Below, piece after piece: positions 1 through 10,055 of a stretch of 64,000 nucleotides of DNA (its first letter is position 1; each line of letters begins with the position of its first letter). The notes beneath the pieces were generated by a model that searched no databases, was not told where the DNA came from, and was given only the letters and a program-made list of their open reading frames with translations. The translations under genes were made by a program, and so were the position numbers. The DNA is from an uncultured bacterium (GTDB taxonomy: Bacteria; Babelota; Babeliae; Babelales; Vermiphilaceae): positions 832,001 to 896,000 of the forward strand of contig OY969561.1 of assembly GCA_963701085.1 (NCBI GenBank), read 5' to 3'.

Positions 1-123
1 GATACTTGTTTCACGCACACCATCGCGATTAAAGTTTTTAACTTCCTCAATGTTCACAATTGATCGATCTTTATATCCCGTTGTTGCTTTGCTAATTGGC
101 CAGCTAATATCAATCACTTTCAT
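1..123 (-). CDS. Cyclase (kynurenine formamidase-like) family protein, N-terminal part, runs off the window
   Basis: Manual translation MKVIDISWPISKATTGYKDRSIVNIEEVKNFNRDGVRETSI; the IDIS-x-PI start resembles cyclase-family proteins; only 41 codons visible. Confidence 0.55.
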   Translation of the reverse strand, partial: MKVIDISWPISKATTGYKDRSIVNIEEVKNFNRDGVRETSI

Positions 124-178
124 TCTATTTCCCTTATTTTTTAAAGCTTATTATTAATTTTTTAAATTCACTGTCTTT

Positions 179-321
179 TTCCGCTCGCCCTGAGTGTTTT
201 TGCGAAAGCAAAAATGTATCGAAGGGTTAAGCAAAGAAATAATAATCACACATCTTTTTATATCGCACCCTTCGATACATTTTACTACGCTTCACTTCGT
301 AAAACACTCAGGGCGAGCGGT
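179..321. repeat. Family A REP-like palindromic doublet
   Basis: ccgctcgccctgagtgttt...tgtatcgaaggg and its inverse cccttcgatacatttt...aaaacactcagggcgagcgg; same units recur at 5101-5255 and 60924-60965. Confidence 0.85.
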
Positions 322-363
322 TCAAATAATCAATCTTTTCTCGAATAAGCGCTTGTTCTTTTT

Positions 364-1266
364 CTAGCTTTTGCTCACCGCGTGCCCACCAAATTTATTA
401 CGCAACATAGCAACAATTTTAGTTGCATAATTGCCACCAGTTTTTTCCGACCACTCTCTTACTCTTAATGACTCTTCAATCACCGGTACCGGAATATCTT
501 CTTTATGCGCTTGCTCAACTGTCCATTTACCCATACCTGTTGACGCAACGCTGCCTGCGATATCGCGCAAGTCCTGATCATCTTTCATAATAGATTGCAC
601 CAACTCCAAAATCCATGAACGGATCACTGAACCATGGTTCCATAGTGATGCAATTTTTTCTAAATCTAAATGTTCGTTTTTAAATTGCCCATCTTTAAGT
701 ACATGAAAACCTTCAGCATACGCTTGTAACAATCCATACTCTATACCATTGTGTACCATCTTTACATAATGCCCTGCCCCAGAAGGACCGACATATGCAT
801 ATCCATCTCGCGTTGCAACGGCGTGCAACAAACTTTCAATACTATTGTATGCTTTTTTATCGCCTCCAACCATGAGACAAAATCCATTTTCACGGCCATG
901 AATTCCACCCGATGTTCCACAATCTATAAAATAAATATCTTCTAATGCAAGCTCTTGTGCACGACGCATAGAATCACTGAATTTGCTATTTCCACCATCA
1001 ATAATAACATCTTCCGTTTTTAATAATGGATGCAACTGAGCAATAACCTTATCAACCAACTCTCCTTGCGGAACCATGAGCCAAAAAACATGAATATTTT
1101 TGTCTGCAAAGTCAGCAACACTACTGACAATGCGCACGCCTTCTTTGGCTGCCGATGCACAACTATCAGGGCTGACATCAAAGCCAAAAACAGTAAATCC
1201 TCCTTGCATAGCACGATACGCAAGCGCCTCTCCCATTTTACCTAGTCCAATTATTGCTACGTTCAT
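364..1266 (-). CDS. gnd: 6-phosphogluconate dehydrogenase, decarboxylating (short form)
   Basis: GLGKMG Rossmann motif, IDGGN, DCGTSGG and KMVHNGIEYG; ATG at 1266 overlaps the zwf stop (ATGA). Confidence 0.95.
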   Translation of the reverse strand: MNVAIIGLGKMGEALAYRAMQGGFTVFGFDVSPDSCASAAKEGVRIVSSVADFADKNIHVFWLMVPQGELVDKVIAQLHPLLKTEDVIIDGGNSKFSDSMRRAQELALEDIYFIDCGTSGGIHGRENGFCLMVGGDKKAYNSIESLLHAVATRDGYAYVGPSGAGHYVKMVHNGIEYGLLQAYAEGFHVLKDGQFKNEHLDLEKIASLWNHGSVIRSWILELVQSIMKDDQDLRDIAGSVASTGMGKWTVEQAHKEDIPVPVIEESLRVREWSEKTGGNYATKIVAMLRNKFGGHAVSKS

Positions 1267-2657
1267 GATCGCCACCTCATCCCATGTTTATCTCTATAAT
1301 GTTTTTCTTCATCTGGACCGGTTGATCCTTTTTTATAACTAAAAAGCGGTAATTTCTGTTTTTCTACCGCATCAATAAGCTTCCATGCATACTCAATTTC
1401 ATCAAAACGTACCGAAATTGATTGTTCACCACGCATTACTTCTTCGAGCAACACTTCATACGCCTCAGGTGTTTGTAACCCAAAAAGACAACTATGACAA
1501 AATTCCATACCAACCGGCATAACTTGATCAGCACTATCAGGACGTTTTGCATTCAACGTTAACAGAAATATCGCCTCAGGAGCTATTTGTATCGTCAACC
1601 AATTAGAATCAGTTGGGCACCCGCGCATCAACAAGCAATCTACCTGCTTAAATTTAATATGAATTATCGTCTCTTTTTTATCTAAACATTTACCCGTTTT
1701 TAAATAAAAAGGAACCCCAAGCCATCGTGGCGTATCAACAGCTAATTTTAATGATACATAGGTATCGGTATGGGATTCTTTAGATACATGTGCTTCTTGC
1801 TGATATCCATCATATTGACCTAAAATACCATCTATAAATCTCACTTTTTCCAGCACTTTTACTCGCTCAGTGCGGATATAATCCCCCGTCAACTTTTCAG
1901 GAGATTCCATACATATCAATGCCAACAGTTCCAACATATGATTCTGCACCACATCACGCAATGCACCATATGCATCATAATAGATACCACGACCCTCAAT
2001 GCCACCGCTTTCACTTAAAATAATTTGTACCTGATCAATGTATCTATTTGACCACAAAGGCTCAAGAACACAGTTAGTGAAGCGAATCATGGCGATATTA
2101 CTCACAACTTCTTTGGTTAAATAATGATCAATACGATACACCTGTGATTCATTCACATATTTCTCAATACACTGATTAATGTCATGGGCCGATTGCAGAT
2201 CATGACCAAATGGCTTTTCATACACTATTCTATGCCATACCTGATCATTTTTTTCACGTCGCTGCAATAAACCCACCTGAGCACTGCTATGCGTAATTGG
2301 GCAAAAGAAATTTGATCCTGTTGCTACATAAAAAAGACGGCTTCCTGTTATTCCATTCCTTTGTTCACATTCTTCAACAAAAGAGTGCAATGCCGCAAAA
2401 TCATCACTTTCACTAAAATTAATTTTTTTATAATAACTCATGTCCCGCAAAATATTCCAATTCGTATCATCAGCCTCTTGAATAAACGGACGTGCCGCAT
2501 CAATCATGTGATCAGCTGTTACATCATCAAAAGCAGCTCCTACAATAATCACTTTTTCCAACTTTTTCTTTGCGATAAACCGGTACAGTGCGGGAATAAT
2601 TTTTCGCTTACTCAAATCCCCCGTTGCACCAAATAAAACAATCGTTACGTTTTTCAT
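1263..2657 (-). CDS. zwf: Glucose-6-phosphate 1-dehydrogenase
   Basis: GATGDL, EKPFGHDL, RIDHYL-x-K and DVVQNH motifs. Confidence 0.97.
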   Translation of the reverse strand: MKNVTIVLFGATGDLSKRKIIPALYRFIAKKKLEKVIIVGAAFDDVTADHMIDAARPFIQEADDTNWNILRDMSYYKKINFSESDDFAALHSFVEECEQRNGITGSRLFYVATGSNFFCPITHSSAQVGLLQRREKNDQVWHRIVYEKPFGHDLQSAHDINQCIEKYVNESQVYRIDHYLTKEVVSNIAMIRFTNCVLEPLWSNRYIDQVQIILSESGGIEGRGIYYDAYGALRDVVQNHMLELLALICMESPEKLTGDYIRTERVKVLEKVRFIDGILGQYDGYQQEAHVSKESHTDTYVSLKLAVDTPRWLGVPFYLKTGKCLDKKETIIHIKFKQVDCLLMRGCPTDSNWLTIQIAPEAIFLLTLNAKRPDSADQVMPVGMEFCHSCLFGLQTPEAYEVLLEEVMRGEQSISVRFDEIEYAWKLIDAVEKQKLPLFSYKKGSTGPDEEKHYRDKHGMRWRS

Positions 2658-2874
2658 TTCAAACCTACTATTTTCAAATCATTTCAACTCAATAAAAGAA
2701 TACCGCATATACAAGCAAAGAAAAGAAAATACCCCAGCTATTCAAACAATAATAATATCACTATCGTACCACAGCGCTGTTTAAACGAGCCATTTGACAA
2801 ACTTTTCAATTTGTAGTAAATTATATAAAGAGACCAAAGGCGATAATTATCATTTTTTTAATAGGGGAAATCAT

Positions 2875-3300
2875 ATGAATATTTTTAAACATATTTTCGT
2901 CGTTAGTGTACTAACCGTTTCATGCAACTCATTTGGCATGTTCTTTAAACAAGAACTTATCAAAAAACCATCTCAGGCTCAACAACAAAGAAATGTGTAT
3001 GAGTTTCTTGCAATCCGCCACTTAGATGGAATCGAGCAACAACAACTTTTGCACTATATAAATGCAGGAAACTTTTCTCACCCAGACTGTCAAGAGCTCG
3101 TTAGATGTGCCAAACAAAACGAATTCAATGAAACCGCAAAAATAAATCCACGAATTTTAAACATAACCAACAAAAAAAACAACACTAATAGTAAGTTTTT
3201 TAATATCAGAGATAATAATAAAAACAATACATTTCACTTCACGATGACATCAAAAAATGGCATGCCTACACAAGTCCTTTCTGAACGCAATAGCCAGTAA
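2875..3300 (+). CDS. Hypothetical secreted protein
   Basis: agggg SD before ATG 2875; signal-peptide-like N-terminus ending SFG-M. Confidence 0.7.
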   Translation: MNIFKHIFVVSVLTVSCNSFGMFFKQELIKKPSQAQQQRNVYEFLAIRHLDGIEQQQLLHYINAGNFSHPDCQELVRCAKQNEFNETAKINPRILNITNKKNNTNSKFFNIRDNNKNNTFHFTMTSKNGMPTQVLSERNSQ

Positions 3301-3314
3301 CTAACAAAAAAACA

Positions 3315-3370
3315 AAAAACGTATCCCTGTTTATATGATTAATTTTATACAAACAGGGATATGTTTTTTT
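3315..3370 (+). terminator. Intrinsic terminator-like hairpin
   Basis: tatccctgttt...aaacagggata with A-run before and T-run after. Confidence 0.6.
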
Positions 3371-3435
3371 AACACTATTTTTATAAGAGATGTTATACTA
3401 CGATTATCAATCTTTCACATAACATAGGAATAATT

Positions 3436-3936
3436 ATGAAGACTCGCTCACTATTTATAATTTTCGTAACTTTTAATGCACTCGCAATTTACAACTGTTT
3501 TAGTATGCAACTAGAAAAAGAGGATAAAATTATTACTCTGGACAAAGGTTTACTCACCGTAATACCTGCTAAAATAATACAACAAGGCTACAAGCAGACA
3601 GGTTTTTTTGAAACTACACCCTTTATTGCTGCAATTGATGAAAGAGAAGATTCTCTCATAAATCTATGGGGTTATACAAATAATTCCGCATACTTCCGAC
3701 CCCTCATTATGCAAGTCATCATTCGACAGCCAAACAGCCTTATAAAAAATCACGGAACATATTACAAACTCCCTCGTGAAGTAAAAGAAGCTATTCGTGA
3801 AAAGCAAGCGCTTTATTATACACGTAAACAAGGAATTTTAATATATTCCCTCGATCAACAACCAGATCCTAGCATAGTCACATATATCGATTATATGCTA
3901 GAAAACAATAAACGAGAAATGACAATATCTCAATAA
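3436..3936 (+). CDS. Hypothetical secreted protein
   Basis: agga SD; hydrophobic N-terminus ending CFS-MQ. Confidence 0.7.
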   Translation: MKTRSLFIIFVTFNALAIYNCFSMQLEKEDKIITLDKGLLTVIPAKIIQQGYKQTGFFETTPFIAAIDEREDSLINLWGYTNNSAYFRPLIMQVIIRQPNSLIKNHGTYYKLPREVKEAIREKQALYYTRKQGILIYSLDQQPDPSIVTYIDYMLENNKREMTISQ

Positions 3937-3960
3937 CAACACTACATTCTACTTCGCTCT

Positions 3961-3988
3961 CCGCTCATCCTGAGCCTGTCGAAGGACG
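3961..3988. repeat. Family A single palindromic unit upstream of mutL
   Basis: ccgctcatcctgagcctgtcgaaggacg. Confidence 0.75.
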
Positions 3989-3999
3989 AAGAACAGGTC

Positions 4000-5283
4000 A
4001 TGGCAAAAATAAAACAATTATCCCCACATGAAGCACAAAAAATTGCAGCCGGAGAAGTGGTAGAACGGCCCGCAAACATTGTCAAAGAATTGATTGAAAA
4101 TTCAATTGATGCAGGTGCAACACGCATTACTGTTTATATTGAAGATGGCGGAAAAAGATTAATTCGTGTTGTGGATAATGGATGTGGTATGGATCTTGCA
4201 GATGCCCAAATCTGTTTTGATCGTCACGCAACAAGTAAAATAACTCACGTAGATCAACTCGAATCAATCGATACTTTTGGATTCCGCGGAGAAGCTCTTG
4301 CAAGCATCGCTTCTGTCAGTAAAATAACACTAATCACCAAAGAAGAAAACGTGCTGGAAGGCACAAAAATAATTGTTAACACCAACACAATAGTTGAAAC
4401 AAATTCTGTTGCATGCGTAACAGGAACAGACATAAGCGTGCAGAATCTCTTTGACAACGTGCCAGCACGAAAAAAATTTTTAAAAGCAACACAAACAGAA
4501 TGGCGTGCTATACAATTACTTTTTAATGCCTTCTGCTTTGATTACTCCCATATTCATTTTTTATTATTTTCCGACGGAAAACAAATATTGAATTGCCCCG
4601 CAACAACAATACTTAAAAATCGTGCTTTGCAACTGTGGGAACCTTCAACGCATAATCATCTTCTTGAACTACAAGCTGATACAAACTCTGTCATCTCTCT
4701 TTCTGGTGTTATTTCTGATCATCAACATTATCGGTATGATAGAAGCGGCATCTACTTTTTTGTTAACAAACGCTGGGTAAAAAATCAACATCTCAGTAGC
4801 GCATTTATAAAAGGATACGCTAACGTTCTTGCTGCTGGTAAATATCCCGTGGCAGCAGTACACATTACGGTACCAAGCAACGAAGTGGATATTAATATTC
4901 ATCCACGCAAAGAAGAAGTAAAATTCCTCCATCCACGACGCGTTGAACAAGCTTTACAACAAGCCGTCAAAGCTACACTTGAGAAAAATTTATCTCAGCA
5001 TCTTAAAAAAGATGTGGCTATCAAACCGGCAACACCTTCGCCATATTCAGCACAAAGAAATAATTTTAATTCGTTTGGCTTTGATAATTTTTTTGAAAAC
5101 TCCGCACCCTTCGATACATTTTTGCAAGCAAAAACACTCAGGGCGAGCGGAGAAAACAACATCATCAATACAAATGATTTTTTTGTGAAAGAAAAAGATT
5201 CCATTATTCCGCTCGCCCTGAGTGTTCCCGTAGGGAATGTATCGAAGGGTGCGGAACTCATTCTCAATGGGGTGCCCGATTGA
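4000..5283 (+). CDS. mutL: DNA mismatch repair protein MutL, N-terminal ATPase part (gene interrupted by in-frame TGA at 5281-5283)
   Basis: IAAGEVVERP, KELIENSIDAGA, DNGCG, GFRGEAL and DINIHP-x-K motifs. Confidence 0.95.
   Translation: MAKIKQLSPHEAQKIAAGEVVERPANIVKELIENSIDAGATRITVYIEDGGKRLIRVVDNGCGMDLADAQICFDRHATSKITHVDQLESIDTFGFRGEALASIASVSKITLITKEENVLEGTKIIVNTNTIVETNSVACVTGTDISVQNLFDNVPARKKFLKATQTEWRAIQLLFNAFCFDYSHIHFLLFSDGKQILNCPATTILKNRALQLWEPSTHNHLLELQADTNSVISLSGVISDHQHYRYDRSGIYFFVNKRWVKNQHLSSAFIKGYANVLAAGKYPVAAVHITVPSNEVDINIHPRKEEVKFLHPRRVEQALQQAVKATLEKNLSQHLKKDVAIKPATPSPYSAQRNNFNSFGFDNFFENSAPFDTFLQAKTLRASGENNIINTNDFFVKEKDSIIPLALSVPVGNVSKGAELILNGVPD
5101..5255. repeat. Family A palindromic doublet read through inside the mutL linker
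   Basis: tccgcacccttcgatacat...cactcagggcgagcgg and ccgctcgccctgagtgtt...atgtatcgaagggtgcgga form one long inverted repeat. Confidence 0.9.
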
Positions 5284-5303
5284 AACAAAGTGAAAATTGA
5301 GGT
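5256..5303 (+). repeat. Family C repeat in mutL carrying the premature TGA
   Basis: atggggtgcccgatTGAaacaaagtgaaaattgagg versus atggggaccccgatTGGaacgaagtggaaattgggg at 33501. Confidence 0.8.
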
Positions 5304-5889
5304 ATTAGAATCATACCGCCTCATTGGCCAATACAACACAACATACATTCTTGTTGAAAAAGAAGACGGCCTTTTTTTAATTGATCAACACGCAGCACAT
5401 GAACGTATTTTATATGAACTATTTTCACAACACTTTAATGAAGTTGCAACAATCCAATTAATGTTTCCCCCTATAATTACGCTCTCAACACATGATATCG
5501 CCACCATAACTCCGCATCTTGATATCTTTACCTCAAACGGCATTATTATTGAACAGTGCGCAAGCGATCAGCTGATCATACAATCATTACCCGTTCACTT
5601 AAAAGATCAATCACTTACCGATATTGTCAGCGAAACTATTTCATGGATTACTGAACACGCGTCACTTGATGAGCAAGACCTCAAAAAAATGCTCAATAAT
5701 AAATTGCAAGCTCAGATGGCATGCAAGGCGGCAGTAAAAGCGGGTGATAGCTTAACGCAAGAAAAGATGGAGGAACTATTGCGTGATCTAGAAAAAACAG
5801 CCAACCGATTCTCCTGCCCTCATGGCAGACCAACCGGATGGCTGATATCATTAACCGAAATTGAAAAAAAATTTAAACGGCGGATTTAA
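5290..5889 (+). CDS. mutL: MutL C-terminal dimerisation/endonuclease domain (same frame as the N-terminal part)
   Basis: DQHAAHERILYE, ACK and CPHGRP motifs intact; 5290-4000 is divisible by 3. Confidence 0.9.
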   Translation: MKIEVLESYRLIGQYNTTYILVEKEDGLFLIDQHAAHERILYELFSQHFNEVATIQLMFPPIITLSTHDIATITPHLDIFTSNGIIIEQCASDQLIIQSLPVHLKDQSLTDIVSETISWITEHASLDEQDLKKMLNNKLQAQMACKAAVKAGDSLTQEKMEELLRDLEKTANRFSCPHGRPTGWLISLTEIEKKFKRRI

Positions 5890-6640
5890 AGAAACCTTGG
5901 CCTTTAGTACTATCTACAACCAATTTACGATAAAAGAATGCGTATGCAAGTGTTGATAATGGCCACGTAATCATAACGCCAATCCAGCTCAAGAAACCAA
6001 GATAAACAACAACTTTAATCGCTACCCAAAACGCAAACATATCCCATACATGATGTTTAGTAACTTCATAGCTCATCTTTAAAGCAGCAATGGGTCCTAC
6101 ATTTTTGTCGATAATAAAATAGGGGAAAAAAGCAAAACGTAATAACGCAATAAATCCTGGCAACACAAAAAAGAGCCATCCAACCCATACCATGAGAGAA
6201 TATAGAATCCATCCAACAAGAGCTTTAGGCGCTAAACCAAAAGATGTAATCAGTTCTTTAACATTGCCTTGGTCACGATCATAAATGCCAAGCGCAATCT
6301 TTTTAAATCCTAAATCAAGCCCAACAAAAAAGATTGCTAAAACTACCGCTGAAATAAGAAGTGAAATTATATTTGATGATACAAGGTTCATCATCGCTGC
6401 ACCTGATTGATACGCTACTGATGCACAATTGTAACCAATGCACTCCTGATAATCTTGCCATGCTTGTGATGATATCATTGCTTGAATAAAACCTTTATTC
6501 AAAAATCCAATAATACCAACAACAAGAGCAATAACACCGCTGCCTGCCAATAGAACCATAACAAAAAGACGCACATGCTCAATAATTTCTCTAAAAGCAA
6601 AACCTATCGCTTCTAGTACAAAGCTTTTTCCTTTTTCCAT
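5873..6640 (-). CDS. Integral membrane protein (DUF975-like)
   Basis: Several TM segments; PYFIIDKNVGPIAALKMSY motif; aggag SD before ATG 6640. Confidence 0.7.
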   Translation of the reverse strand: MEKGKSFVLEAIGFAFREIIEHVRLFVMVLLAGSGVIALVVGIIGFLNKGFIQAMISSQAWQDYQECIGYNCASVAYQSGAAMMNLVSSNIISLLISAVVLAIFFVGLDLGFKKIALGIYDRDQGNVKELITSFGLAPKALVGWILYSLMVWVGWLFFVLPGFIALLRFAFFPYFIIDKNVGPIAALKMSYEVTKHHVWDMFAFWVAIKVVVYLGFLSWIGVMITWPLSTLAYAFFYRKLVVDSTKGQGFFKSAV

Positions 6641-6737
6641 CTTACACACTCCTTTTTTTAGACATAAAAATAACGATATGAATACTATCTAATCATACTC
6701 AACAAAAAAATTGCAACAATTCACGTTCGTCAGCATC

Positions 6738-6796
6738 AATCCACTTTTCAGTTTCTTTGCATGGGTACCCAATTGGAACAACGTGAAAATTGGGTA
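6738..6796 (+). repeat. Family C repeat, degenerate
   Basis: atgggtacccaattggaacaacgtgaaaattgggta. Confidence 0.7.
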
Positions 6797-6802
6797 AAAG
6801 AT

Positions 6803-7591
6803 TTAGTTATTAGTATGCACAACAGTTATAACCGTCTTATTTTTGTCAAACTGATCCTTGAGCTGCTGCATTAAAACTGCTGGTGCTGATCTAAATTTAT
6901 CCGTAGCAACCCACACACGCACTGCTAAAAAAGTTCGTATTTCAGTATCATAATCATGTTGCGCCATTTTATTCAGCATAACAACCGGAGCGGGATCTTT
7001 TAAAAACAACTGATCACGTGCAATAACTTCATAAATCAACTGCTTTGCCTGCTCAACATCATCTGCATACGGCAGTGATATTACGCAATCAATTCTTTTG
7101 TTTGGATAATAGGTAAGATTATTAAGGGTATTCTTTAACATCATTTCATTAGGCAAACGAACCAATTTATTATCAAACGTACGAACACGAACAGAAAGCA
7201 AATCGACTGATTCTACATAACCAACTACATCATCACTTTTAATAATATCACCCACAGAAAAAGGCCGCTCTAGTAATAAAAAAAGACCACTAATAATATT
7301 GGATATACTTGTTTGTGAAGCAAAACCAATGGCAACACCAAGCACCCCAGCAGCACCCAATAATGTTACAACATTAAAACCAAGTTCATACAATACCGTG
7401 ACAACAATAAAAAGTAATCCACCATAAAAAATAATCTTACCAACTAAAACACCAATATGTTGCGAAAGACGCTTGGTACACACTACGGCAAGCGCGTTAC
7501 TGCACCAGCGCACAAGCGGAATACCAATAAAAATTAAAACACAAATACGCAGGACATTACCTGCGTATAGTGCAAAAGAAAAATCATTCAT
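6803..7591 (-). CDS. mscS: Small-conductance mechanosensitive channel
   Basis: GVAIGFASQ...SNIISG...RPFSVGD motif. Confidence 0.92.
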   Translation of the reverse strand: MNDFSFALYAGNVLRICVLIFIGIPLVRWCSNALAVVCTKRLSQHIGVLVGKIIFYGGLLFIVVTVLYELGFNVVTLLGAAGVLGVAIGFASQTSISNIISGLFLLLERPFSVGDIIKSDDVVGYVESVDLLSVRVRTFDNKLVRLPNEMMLKNTLNNLTYYPNKRIDCVISLPYADDVEQAKQLIYEVIARDQLFLKDPAPVVMLNKMAQHDYDTEIRTFLAVRVWVATDKFRSAPAVLMQQLKDQFDKNKTVITVVHTNN

Positions 7592-7610
7592 TACATCACA
7601 CCCTTACTGA

Positions 7611-7817
7611 CTAAAACCAGCGCTTTCTGCTTGCAATCAATGGCAATAACAACTGTAACGGTGGTAGCCCACGTAGTTTTAACCCATAATTAATTAAAGA
7701 TAGTGCCGCAAGCGCAATAATAACACGCAATAATAAATCACCCAATGCTACCGCCACTACCACAACACCAATCACAATACAAAACAAACCAAAAATATTA
7801 TTATAATTAATCGCCAT
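7611..7817 (-). CDS. Small membrane protein
   Basis: 68 aa, two hydrophobic helices, aggag SD. Confidence 0.65.
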   Translation of the reverse strand: MAINYNNIFGLFCIVIGVVVVAVALGDLLLRVIIALAALSLINYGLKLRGLPPLQLLLPLIASRKRWF

Positions 7818-7988
7818 AACACTCCTTAAAAAATAAAAAAACTATTGTCATAGTTTACCAGATCACAACATTTTTTTTACTTTATTTTTTTATACCCAAC
7901 AAAAACCATAATTTGTAATTATTGATTTTGATACAGTTCTTTACGTAGACTTTCACCATTATAAAGACCAATTATAAGGAGATAAGAC

Positions 7989-8840
7989 ATGATCGCACTT
8001 ATAATACTCCTGTTGAGCAACATCATCTACTTTACCATGCATGCATCAACCGCTCCCATAAATAATGCTTCTGACAATTCACCAAAGCGTGCAATCGTCA
8101 TTGGTGCTTCTGTTGGCATGGGAAAAGCAATTTCAAAACAACTTGCCGCTGATGGTTACATTGTTGGTATGACAGCACGCAGAGTTGAACTCCTTGAACA
8201 AACACAACAAGAAATTCCTACGCAAACCTACATAAGCTACATGGATGCTTCTGATCCTGATGATGCAGTAAACAGGCTGAACAGCATGATTACAGAAATG
8301 GGAGGACTTGATCTTATTATTATTGCGGTGACCGGTTATTGGGATTGTGATTTTGATGACAGCAATTGGAAAAAATCATTATCAGTACTCACTGTTGATG
8401 TTGTTGGTTTTTTTGCGTTAGCGCGCACCGCACTTAATTTTTTTGAAAGTCAGGGTCATGGCCACTTGGTTGGATTTTCATCAGTCGACGGTCTGCGTGG
8501 CGTTGCTGGTTGCCCAGCATACTCAGCAGCAAAAGCATTTTGCGCTCGTTATTTAGAAGCAGAACGTAATAAATTTATGCAAAAAAATATGCCTATCTTT
8601 GTTACTGAATTATGCCCTGGTTGGGTTAACAGCAGAGGCGATATGGATTACACAGAAATGCCTCATGCTTATTGGGTTGAAACATTAGAAGATGCAACAC
8701 ACGATATTATGGAAGCGATAAAAAACAAAGATCATGTAGCGTATATTACCAAACGCTGGCAAAAAGTTGCTGCTTTACTTGCTACTATACCGGCCGATCT
8801 TTATAACGCATTGAGCGCACGCTCCGGTGGAGGATTTTAA
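7989..8840 (+). CDS. SDR family oxidoreductase with N-terminal signal-like extension
   Basis: GASVGMG nucleotide-binding motif and YSAAK catalytic YxxxK. Confidence 0.9.
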   Translation: MIALIILLLSNIIYFTMHASTAPINNASDNSPKRAIVIGASVGMGKAISKQLAADGYIVGMTARRVELLEQTQQEIPTQTYISYMDASDPDDAVNRLNSMITEMGGLDLIIIAVTGYWDCDFDDSNWKKSLSVLTVDVVGFFALARTALNFFESQGHGHLVGFSSVDGLRGVAGCPAYSAAKAFCARYLEAERNKFMQKNMPIFVTELCPGWVNSRGDMDYTEMPHAYWVETLEDATHDIMEAIKNKDHVAYITKRWQKVAALLATIPADLYNALSARSGGGF

Positions 8841-9105
8841 TGTTATTTTTTTACTTCTAAAAATATTTATGGCTATAGATAAGCATTCTATTTTTGTTTA
8901 ACAAAATTTGCTCAACCTTTACTTTACACCTGACAATAATTTGCTATGATACCAGAAAACAGCTTGTAGAAATAGAAGAAATAATAATAGTAAAATTAAT
9001 ATGCTCACAAAGAGAAGGGAACATAAAAAAGTGCTAACATAAAACATCACAGATTACTGTGCTTTTTTCATTCAATAACTAACCACATTTGAAATAGGAA
9101 AAACA

Positions 9106-9303
9106 ATGGCGTTATATTCTTTTTTACTTAATTGTTTTACACATCCCACGTATGAATTCAATTCATCTTTCTGTGAAAATGGTGAACATGATAATCAGAC
9201 AGACACAGAAATCGATCTTTGGGAATTTTTAATTCTTTTTCAAAGAATTTTGATTCTACTGTATAAACTTCTAAAAAGATTTAAATTAATAAACTTTTTA
9301 TAA
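9106..9303 (+). CDS. Small hypothetical protein
   Basis: 65-aa ORF with agga SD; no recognisable motif. Confidence 0.35.
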   Translation: MALYSFLLNCFTHPTYEFNSSFCENGEHDNQTDTEIDLWEFLILFQRILILLYKLLKRFKLINFL

Positions 9304-9312
9304 ACTTTAAAA

Positions 9313-9402
9313 CTATCCTCAAATTAATTTTTTCCTGCGCTCGCCCTGACAATTCGGCAAGCTCAAGACGAGCGCGGGGAGAAAATTAGTTTAGGGATAG
9401 GC
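9313..9402. mobile_element. MITE-like element, short form (outer ctatcc...ggatag arms around a family A core)
   Basis: Both ends match the reverse complement of the ends of the 33441-33678 element. Confidence 0.65.
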
Positions 9403-9416
9403 ATTTAATTTATCGA

Positions 9417-9776
9417 CTATAATTCTTCTGTTTTAGGTTTATTTAATTGTTCAAAAATAGCTGGAACTTCTTTGTTTTTAAATTTTTCCAACTTATGAAA
9501 TGCATTGATAACGAAAGGATCATTACTATGGACTAGCTTATAATCCCTGAGAAATTCTTCATAATTATTGCGCAAACGAATTTCAGCTTTATTTTCACTT
9601 TTCCCTACAGCTATAAGAAGTTGTTGATAGATATAGGTACTACGGTAACCTGCAAGATTTAAGCGAAGCTCTTTCTGTTGCTGTTTATTCAACATATTTT
9701 GTTGTTGCTCCATACTATGCAATTGAGTAGCACCCAAAGCTACTAACCCTACTATAAAAATTATATGTTTTTTCAT
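9417..9776 (-). CDS. Hypothetical secreted protein
   Basis: MKK signal peptide ending LHS-ME; shares KQ..ELR and DPFV with the neighbouring ORF. Confidence 0.75.
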   Translation of the reverse strand: MKKHIIFIVGLVALGATQLHSMEQQQNMLNKQQQKELRLNLAGYRSTYIYQQLLIAVGKSENKAEIRLRNNYEEFLRDYKLVHSNDPFVINAFHKLEKFKNKEVPAIFEQLNKPKTEEL

Positions 9777-10055
9777 AAAAATTCTCTTTTGCTTTAAATA
9801 ACTAAACCTAGGATATTATTGTATTAAAAATAGACCCTTCTTACAAACACATAAGAAAAAAGACATTAAGCTTGATGCAGACGTTATTTTAAGATTGTAA
9901 AAATCAAAAAACAAGCACTTCAAAAATATAATATTTTAAAATCACAAGAAAAGAAGTGAACAAAAAAGTCCCTTCTTATGAATTACCATAAAAAGGGACT
10001 TACTAAAAAACCTACCTCTTATAACGTTTTAATCTATTTCTCTATAATTTTGTTC

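Noticed and set aside
5281-5283. TGA recoded as Trp or Gly genome-wide
   Set aside because: TGA ends zwf, acpS and other genes at their expected C-termini, and no other conserved gene has an internal TGA
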